A DNA stretch of 18,676 bases, from assembly GCA_003135555.1 (NCBI GenBank), contig PLCF01000084.1:887-19562 (forward strand), written 5' to 3'. Positions 1 to 5,978 of this stretch are shown in pieces. Below the pieces are notes generated by a model. The model saw nothing but the letters and a program-made list of their open reading frames with translations. It was not told the origin of the DNA and searched no databases. Source of the stretch: Vulcanimicrobiota bacterium (lineage in GTDB: Bacteria; Vulcanimicrobiota; Vulcanimicrobiia; Vulcanimicrobiales; Vulcanimicrobiaceae). The translations under genes and the position numbers were made by a program. How positions within the stretch are numbered: the stretch's first letter is position 1; every line of letters starts with the position of its first letter.

Positions 1-232
1 TGTTGCGCTGGCTCGCGCTCGCCGCCGCGTTCGGGCGATCCGATCCGCCGCCGCGGCCGCATCCAAGCACCCGGGTGCGCGGCGCCTCGTCGCGATCGAC
101 TTGGCCGGACCGTACACGCTGCGCGGACGCTGCGGTCTGGGCGCCGCGCTGTCGCAGCCCGAAGGCCTCCGCAACCTGACCCCCAGCGTGCGACTCGCCG
201 CCTACGCGCGCGTGTCATACGTCGCGCGCTGA
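1..232 (+). CDS. 3' end of a gene entering from the left (partial); possibly SIMPL/DUF541-like C-terminus
   Basis: Frame starting at base 2 is open to TGA at 230-232: VALARARRRVRAIRSAAAAASKHPGARRLVAIDLAG...VRLAAYARVSYVAR*. An Ala-rich helix, a strand and a terminal 'VxxxxxVxY'-like strand loosely recall SIMPL C-termini. A terminator-like hairpin follows. Confidence 0.5.
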   Translation, partial: VALARARRRVRAIRSAAAAASKHPGARRLVAIDLAGPYTLRGRCGLGAALSQPEGLRNLTPSVRLAAYARVSYVAR

Positions 233-236
233 GCGC
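223..236 (+). repeat. 14-bp direct repeat, left copy (CGCGCGCTGAGCGC)
   Basis: Identical to 1946-1959. Contains the stop codon of the left-hand gene. Confidence 0.8.
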
Positions 237-244
237 GACGCGCG

Positions 245-281
245 AAATCGGCGGGCTCCGCGCTACCGCGGAGCCCGCCGA
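245..281 (-). terminator. Intrinsic terminator-like hairpin between convergent genes
   Basis: Perfect 15-bp inverted repeat TCGGCGGGCTCCGCG (248-262) / CGCGGAGCCCGCCGA (267-281) with a 4-nt loop. Followed by a short TTT on the minus strand (AAA at 245-247), 28 bp past the lipoprotein stop. Confidence 0.8.
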
Positions 282-309
282 CCTTGTCCCTCTCGGCTGA
301 GTCCGGCGC

Positions 310-1620
310 CTACGTGTGGCGCTTGCGGCTGAGCTCTCCGCCGCCGCTGGCCGGCGTCGTCAGCACCATGCCGTTCATGTTCACCGTAACGCCGGCGCTG
401 TTATAGGTCGTTCTTTCGTACGTGTCCTGCCAATAGAAAAAGTACGGGCCGAAGTTCCACCAGCATCCGACCGCAGCCGAGTCACAGATGCCGGCCGCAC
501 TGTTGTCGTAGACCTGCGTGCCGTTTCTCACGACGGTGACGTGACCGCCGTGGGTGTCGTACTGCGCATCGATGTCGATTTGCCAGTTGTCCACCTGGCC
601 GTCCTGAAGGATATCCGTCGCGACGTACGAGAGGCCGGCATAACTGTCCGGGTCGGAGCACGTATGGAAGGACCACATCGGCTGCCCAGGTTCGTTGACT
701 GGACTCCCGTAGCCGGCGTTATACCTTCGCCGCGTATTGTCGATCACCAACATGTCGCACGGGCCCGTTCCCGGGTTCTCTCCCCAACTGTGCGTCTGCC
801 ATACGATCGCCGGAATGTCGACCGCATAGCCGCCGCCCGAATGGCCGCCATAACCGCTATTCCCGTTCAGCGTGACCGCCGTCTGGAAGTGGAACGTATA
901 GTGCGTTCCCATCGTGAACATCAAGTTGCTGCCCGTGTTCGGATCGAGAGGATTCACCTGATTGCGGTAACAAGTGCTCCCGCCGGGGTAGGTCGGATTG
1001 TTCGTGTTGCGCAGAATGGTCATGCTGACGTTGTTACCGGTGATGACGGGCGCAGGGCTCGCGCATTGGCCGTCATCCGAGCTTGGCAAAACGTAGCCGC
1101 CGGCGTTGGCGTTGCCCGTCTGCCACAGCGTGGTGAAATCGACGGGAGACCCGATGGTGAAGGTCACCGAACCGGTCAGCCCGGGCGTCCCGGGCAGCGA
1201 CGTTCCCAACGCGGTCCACGTCGCGGTGACCTTTGCGGGGGCGAACGCGTCGATGGTGATCGCGTAGCCGTCTTGCCGGATGAACGGGTAACCGTACTGC
1301 GGCGTGCCGAGCGTCACTTTGACGTACTGCGGCGTCGTGAAGTTGCAGTTGGAGAGGACCAGCTGCGGCCCTTGTCCCGCGGAGAACGACAGGTTCTGCG
1401 CCGTGAACGCGCTGTTGTTGATCGTTAGCGCGCCGGAATTGCATTGACCGCCCGGCGCGTACGTGTCGGAATACGTCAGTGATGTCGTACCGGCCCCGCC
1501 CAAGCTTCGCGGTGCGCGCGCGCCGCCTTGCGCGGCGGGTCCGGGAGCCGGCACGCTCGACCCGTGGCCTGAACAGCCGGCGAGGAGCACGAGGAACGCG
1601 ATGATCGCGACCTTTCGCAT
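310..1620 (-). CDS. Lipoprotein (436 aa) with a C-terminal polysaccharide-lyase-like / ConA-type beta-jelly-roll domain
   Basis: The likely start is ATG 1620 (MRKVAIIAFLVLLAG|C, lipobox LAGC), with GAAGGG upstream. A Pro/Gly linker and a Thr/Asn/Gly-rich beta region follow. C-terminal motifs CYRNQV, IVWQTH, GGHVTVVRNGTQVYD and WWNFGPY parallel the RxEL / QxH / YFKxGxY pattern of PL7/PL13-like lyases. The CDS is confident; the family call is tentative. Confidence 0.8.
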   Translation of the reverse strand: MRKVAIIAFLVLLAGCSGHGSSVPAPGPAAQGGARAPRSLGGAGTTSLTYSDTYAPGGQCNSGALTINNSAFTAQNLSFSAGQGPQLVLSNCNFTTPQYVKVTLGTPQYGYPFIRQDGYAITIDAFAPAKVTATWTALGTSLPGTPGLTGSVTFTIGSPVDFTTLWQTGNANAGGYVLPSSDDGQCASPAPVITGNNVSMTILRNTNNPTYPGGSTCYRNQVNPLDPNTGSNLMFTMGTHYTFHFQTAVTLNGNSGYGGHSGGGYAVDIPAIVWQTHSWGENPGTGPCDMLVIDNTRRRYNAGYGSPVNEPGQPMWSFHTCSDPDSYAGLSYVATDILQDGQVDNWQIDIDAQYDTHGGHVTVVRNGTQVYDNSAAGICDSAAVGCWWNFGPYFFYWQDTYERTTYNSAGVTVNMNGMVLTTPASGGGELSRKRHT

Positions 1621-1836
1621 GTGAAATACACCCTTCTCAGCGCTCGTGCGCCGCCGCGCCGGTCGGTTGTCGACCGGCATCATGTCGTTGATGGAATACC
1701 GTGACCGGTAACGACGATATTCGCGGCGTCGTGCACGCGATCGTCGTATGCATTCTCAAGACCGCGCAACGACGCAATTGGATCGAATCGCTTGCGCAGT
1801 CGTTCGCCACCTCCCTGACGAAGCCGCCGTGCGCGC

Positions 1837-1845
1837 AGTGTATCA
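1837..1845 (-). promoter_or_regulatory. Candidate extended -10 promoter element (TGaTACACT) for the lipoprotein gene
   Basis: The minus strand reads TG-A-TACACT, matching TGnTAnnnT. It would give a ~210-nt 5' leader. No good -35 hexamer was seen. Confidence 0.4.
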
Positions 1846-1945
1846 TGCGGAGGGAGTGCCGCGATAGTGCGATCGTCCTAGGACTTGGCGCAAACGACGG
1901 AGAGCAACAGAGCGAATGGCCATTATCGCACTCTTGGACGCGCGC

Positions 1946-1959
1946 CGCGCGCTGAGCGC
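1946..1959 (+). repeat. 14-bp direct repeat, right copy (CGCGCGCTGAGCGC)
   Basis: Identical to 223-236. Overlaps by 1 bp the stop codon (1959-1961) of the 271-aa minus-strand gene. Confidence 0.8.
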
Positions 1960-2774
1960 TACGACGGAGCGTCGGCCTTGTGCGCGCCGTAGCTCGCGGG
2001 ATCGAAGTACCAGTCGGGCATCGACGCCGGGAAGCTCACGTCGCGAAAGGTGAAGTCGGTCTGGTACTGGTCGAACGGCGTCTGCCCGTGGATCGACGTC
2101 AACAGCGGTAGACCGTCGCGCAACGCGAACCGCGCGTCGAACTCGTCGTCGATCGACTGTCCGCTGAACAGAAAATAGAGGTGATCGCGCACCCGCATGC
2201 GCCCGATCTCGAACGTCGTGGCGTCGACCCACAGGTCGTCGATGCGATTGCGCTCGGGATCGCGCTTAGGGCGCAGCGCCAGGTGCCACCATGCGCCGTC
2301 GCGCGTGAGCGCGGTCACGCGGTAGTCGTAGTCGGTGCTCACGCTGACCGCACCGATTACCGGCAACGGCGACTCGCCGGGCAGCGCTGTCGGCTCGACT
2401 GCCGGCTTGGGCCCGTACAGCGCCCGCTCGAAGATGTCGGCGGTCGGCGGACCGGGGTCGATGCGCTCGTCGAAGGCGACCGTGATGTTCTGCAAGCTGC
2501 CGTACGCCTTGCCGTTCCAGGCGCGGCGGGCCAGCGCCGAACGGTCCGCGGTCCGGCACCAAATCTTGAGCGTGTAGCTGTTCTCAAAATCGGGCTGGAG
2601 ATCGTGGTGCTCGCGGCGCACCAACGTGTACGCGACGTACGGCGGGCGCGCGTGAGCGCGAAACACCGCTTTGGCGCGCGCGAGGACCTGCTCGCCGGTG
2701 AGCGGCGGCGCGGGCGTTTGCGCGGCACACGCGCACGCGACACCGATCGTCGCGAGCACGCGCGCCGCACTCAT
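1959..2774 (-). CDS. Secreted hypothetical protein (271 aa); C-terminal half resembles LolA/outer-membrane-lipoprotein-sorting-like beta sheets
   Basis: Signal peptide MSAARVLATIGVACACAA followed by QTPAPP. Motif 'WHLALRPKRDPERNRIDDLWVDATTFEI...FTFRDVSFPASMPDWYF'. ATGA overlap with the DUF192 gene. Fold call is tentative. Confidence 0.8.
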   Translation of the reverse strand: MSAARVLATIGVACACAAQTPAPPLTGEQVLARAKAVFRAHARPPYVAYTLVRREHHDLQPDFENSYTLKIWCRTADRSALARRAWNGKAYGSLQNITVAFDERIDPGPPTADIFERALYGPKPAVEPTALPGESPLPVIGAVSVSTDYDYRVTALTRDGAWWHLALRPKRDPERNRIDDLWVDATTFEIGRMRVRDHLYFLFSGQSIDDEFDARFALRDGLPLLTSIHGQTPFDQYQTDFTFRDVSFPASMPDWYFDPASYGAHKADAPS

Positions 2775-3334
2775 TTGGCGTCGACCGGCGTGATGTAGAG
2801 CTGCATCCCGGGCTGCAGCCCGATGCGCTCCGATTCGTGCGCGCCCAGCTCGATGACGTACTTCGCGACCGCTTGACGGCGCGCGATCTTGTCGTCGGGC
2901 GTCTTGGGGAGCGTGGCCGGAACGTTGACCGCGATCAGCACGATCGCGCCGTCGCTACGGACGAACACCATGTCGAGCGGCGTGATCGTGTCCTTCATCC
3001 AGAACCCGCGCAGTTCGTCGCCGCCCGGAAACGCGAACAGCATCCCCGAGCCGGCCGGGACGAACGGCACGTTCATGAGGCCGTGCTCGCGCTGGGCGTT
3101 CGTCGCGGCGACCGCCAGGCGCAAGGTCGTGCGGCCGGCGCGCACTTCGAGCGCACGGCATTCCACGGCATGCCCGGTGTGAACGGGATTGCCGTCGACC
3201 TTGAGCGGGGCGAGGTCGGCCAGCGGCAGCGGCAGGCGCGTACAGTACGACGGCGCCGCCGGGGTCGCTGCGGGCGCCTGCGCCGTAAACGCGAGCAGCG
3301 CGGCGACGGCCAGGCTAGGAAACAGGTTCCGCAT
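2771..3334 (-). CDS. DUF192 domain-containing exported protein (187 aa)
   Basis: Signal peptide plus DUF192 motifs REHGLM, GMLFAF, FWMKDTITPLDMVFV and YVIELGA. Overlaps the polA 3' end by 20 bp. Confidence 0.92.
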   Translation of the reverse strand: MRNLFPSLAVAALLAFTAQAPAATPAAPSYCTRLPLPLADLAPLKVDGNPVHTGHAVECRALEVRAGRTTLRLAVAATNAQREHGLMNVPFVPAGSGMLFAFPGGDELRGFWMKDTITPLDMVFVRSDGAIVLIAVNVPATLPKTPDDKIARRQAVAKYVIELGAHESERIGLQPGMQLYITPVDAK

Positions 3335-5978
3335 CAGGGTCGTAGCTCTCGACGTCGTACCAGTTCTTTCCCGTCTTGAGGGTCGCCTCGACGGGGACGC
3401 TCAGCTCGAGGGCGTGCTCCATCTCGTACTTTACAACGCGTCCGACCGCGTCGAGATCGCGCGTCCCGACCTCGAAGATGAGCTCGTCGTGAATCTGCAG
3501 CAGCATGACGGCGTCGAGGCCTGCGGCACCCAGGCGGCGGTCCAAGCGCACCATTGCAAGCTTCATCAGGTCGGCGGCCGAGCCTTGGAGCGGCGCGTTG
3601 GTGGCCTCGCGCTCCGCGGCGGCGCGCAGCATGTAGTTCTTCGAGCGCAACTCGGGCATGTAGCGGCGCCGGCCCAGCAGCGTCTCCACGTAACCGCACT
3701 CGCGCGCCTGTTCGAGGCATCGGTCGATGTAGCCGCGCACGCCGGGGAAGCGTTCGAAGTAGGCTTCGGTCATCGCGTGAGCGGTCGCCCGGTCGATCTC
3801 CAGCCGTTGCGCGAGTCCGAAGTCGGACATCCCGTAGAGCAAGCCGAAGTTGACCGACTTGGCCATGCGCCGCTGGTTGGGGTCGACGTCGGCGAACGGC
3901 CCGACGTCGAAGATCTTGCGCGCGGTGAAGTCGTGGATGTCCTGCCCTGCGTGGAACGCCGCGCGCATCGCCTCGTCGCCGGAGAGATGCGCCATCAGGC
4001 GCAGCTCGATCTGCGAGTAGTCTGCCGCCAGCAGCACGCGGTCGTCCGACGGCGCGACGAAGGCCTTGCGGATCTTGCGGCCCAGCTCGCTGCGCACCGG
4101 GATGTTCTGCAAGTTGGGATTGGTCGACGACAGCCGGCCCGTGGCGGTCGCGGTCTGGTTGAAGACGGTGTGGATGCGGCCGAACCGGTCGACCAGCGTC
4201 GGCAGCACGTCGACGTAGGTGCTCTTGAGCTTGGAGACCTCGCGCCACTCGAGCACCTTCGCGGCGACCGGAAAGCTGCGCGCGAGGCCCTGCAGCACGT
4301 CGGCGCCGGTCGCGTACCCGGTCTTGTTCTGGCGGCCCGCGGGCAGGCCCAGTTTGTCGAAGAGGATGCGCCCGAGCTGTTGCGGGCTGCCCAGGTTGAA
4401 CTCCTCGCCGGCGAGCGCGAAGATCTCGCGCTGCAAGCGTTCGACATCGGCGTCGACCTGGGCGGAGAGCTCGTGCAGCGCCGCCGGATCGAGCGCGATT
4501 CCGGCGCGTTCCATCGCCGCGAGAACCGAGGCCAGTGGCAGCTCGACATCGGTGTAGAGCGCGAGCTGACCGCGCCGTTCGAGCTCGGCGCGGGTCGTGC
4601 GCGCCAACAGCCCGGCGGCATCCGCGGCGGCGGCCGGATGGTCGGCGGGTAGCCCGCGGTCGAGAAATTCGCTCGACGCCTGCGCGAGATCGGAGAAGGT
4701 CCGCGACGGGTTGAGCAGGTGCGCGGCGATCATCGGATCGTCGCCGAAATTGCGCACCGCCGCTCCGCTGTGCGCGAGCACGGCTTTCGCATCGTACACG
4801 ATGAGCTGCGGCACCCGTTCCCACAGCCGCGCGAACGCCGAGCCGACCTCTGCGCTCGTCTCGCGTGCCGACGCGCTGAACGCGAACGCCGTACCGTCGC
4901 CCGCCGATACCGCGTAGACCTCGCCGCGCTGGGCGACCGCGACGCGCTCGCTCTCCGCGGCGCGCTCGATGACGCCGGCGAGCCGCTTGTAGTCGGGCGG
5001 GTCGGTGATCGAGGTGTACGACTGGTAGTCGCCCTGCAGCACCTCGTCGGAGGCGACCGGTTGGGGCTCGGCCGGCGGTTCGAGCTTGGCCAGCATCCCC
5101 TTGAACTCCAGCTCGCGATAGAGCGCGTAGAGCGCGTCGTTCGAGGGCGGCACGTATCGCGCCGCCTCCCAGTCCAGTTCCAACGGCAGGTCGCGCTTGA
5201 TCACCGAGACGTCGCGGCAGATGCGCGCCGTTTCGCCGTGCGCGCGAATCAGCGCTTCGAGCTTGGGGCTGCCCGCCAGCGCCGGATCGGCGAGCAACGC
5301 GTCGAGCGAGCCGGCCGACTTGACCAGCTTGATCGCGGTCTTTTCGCCGACACCGGGAACGCCGGGCAGGTTGTCGGACGGATCGCCTTTGAGGCCGCGG
5401 TAGTCGGGCAGCTGGCGCGGGTCGAGGTCGAATCGTTCGCGCACCTTGGCCGTATCGTATCGGCCCAGATCGGTGATGCCGCGCCGGGTGGTGAGCACGG
5501 TCGTGCGTGCATCGACGATTTGCAGCAGATCGAGATCGCCCGTGACGACCAAGACGTCTTGCTGCGCCTCCTCGGCGTGGCGCGCCAACGTCGCGATCAC
5601 GTCGTCGGCCTCCTCGCCGTCCATCTCGACGATCGGGATCGCGTAGGTCGCGAGGATCTTGCGCACCAGGGCAAACTGCGAGCGCAACTCGTCGGGTGTC
5701 TCCTGGCGCTGCGCCTTGTACTCCTTGTAGACCGCGAGGCGCGCCGCGGGAAGACCTTTGTCGAACGCAGCGATGACGTGCGTCGGCTTCTCGTCGGCGA
5801 TGATCTTGTTCACCATCATGGTGAAGCCGTACGCGGCGTTGATGGGGACGCCGCGCGTCGTGGTGAGCGAGGGCAGCGCGAAGAACGCGCGGTACACCAA
5901 GCCGTACGTATCGAGCAGCATCAGCCGCGCCGTACCGGGAGCGGCGGTCATCGCCATCTCGGTCTGCGTCGCCATCAT
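3315..5978 (-). CDS. polA: DNA polymerase I (887 aa)
   Basis: 5'-3' exonuclease motifs LLDTYGLVYRAFFA, AAFD, YKAQR, EADDVIATL, VTGDLDLLQ and GDPSDNLPGVPGVGEKTA. Polymerase motifs TATGRLSSTNPNLQNIP, A (ADYSQIELR), B (RRMAKSVNFGLLYG) and C (LLQIHDELIFE). The start ATG at 5978 overlaps the upstream TGA (ATGA); 5975 is an alternative start. Confidence 0.98.
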   Translation of the reverse strand: MMATQTEMAMTAAPGTARLMLLDTYGLVYRAFFALPSLTTTRGVPINAAYGFTMMVNKIIADEKPTHVIAAFDKGLPAARLAVYKEYKAQRQETPDELRSQFALVRKILATYAIPIVEMDGEEADDVIATLARHAEEAQQDVLVVTGDLDLLQIVDARTTVLTTRRGITDLGRYDTAKVRERFDLDPRQLPDYRGLKGDPSDNLPGVPGVGEKTAIKLVKSAGSLDALLADPALAGSPKLEALIRAHGETARICRDVSVIKRDLPLELDWEAARYVPPSNDALYALYRELEFKGMLAKLEPPAEPQPVASDEVLQGDYQSYTSITDPPDYKRLAGVIERAAESERVAVAQRGEVYAVSAGDGTAFAFSASARETSAEVGSAFARLWERVPQLIVYDAKAVLAHSGAAVRNFGDDPMIAAHLLNPSRTFSDLAQASSEFLDRGLPADHPAAAADAAGLLARTTRAELERRGQLALYTDVELPLASVLAAMERAGIALDPAALHELSAQVDADVERLQREIFALAGEEFNLGSPQQLGRILFDKLGLPAGRQNKTGYATGADVLQGLARSFPVAAKVLEWREVSKLKSTYVDVLPTLVDRFGRIHTVFNQTATATGRLSSTNPNLQNIPVRSELGRKIRKAFVAPSDDRVLLAADYSQIELRLMAHLSGDEAMRAAFHAGQDIHDFTARKIFDVGPFADVDPNQRRMAKSVNFGLLYGMSDFGLAQRLEIDRATAHAMTEAYFERFPGVRGYIDRCLEQARECGYVETLLGRRRYMPELRSKNYMLRAAAEREATNAPLQGSAADLMKLAMVRLDRRLGAAGLDAVMLLQIHDELIFEVGTRDLDAVGRVVKYEMEHALELSVPVEATLKTGKNWYDVESYDPDAEPVS

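Noticed and set aside
316..1428. 370-aa + strand ORF, and similar long antisense ORFs (3189-4652, 4719-6050, 6122-8440, 10276-11625, 12192-13448, 13526-14794, 16553-17305)
   Set aside because: These are shadow ORFs opposite well-supported genes, with no recognisable motifs and the typical high-GC antisense composition.
1770..1812. Loose resemblance of the leader (GGCGAAC...GC-GCAA-GC on the minus strand) to a c-di-GMP-I riboswitch
   Set aside because: The following GACGCAAAG segment and the tetraloop-receptor stem are not recognisable, so no family was called without a covariance-model search.
1701..1955. 84-aa + strand ORF (and 69-aa minus ORF 1637-1846) in the long intergenic region
   Set aside because: No RBS, atypical codon usage and no convincing family motif. 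The region is better explained as promoter plus leader, although a small peptide cannot be excluded.
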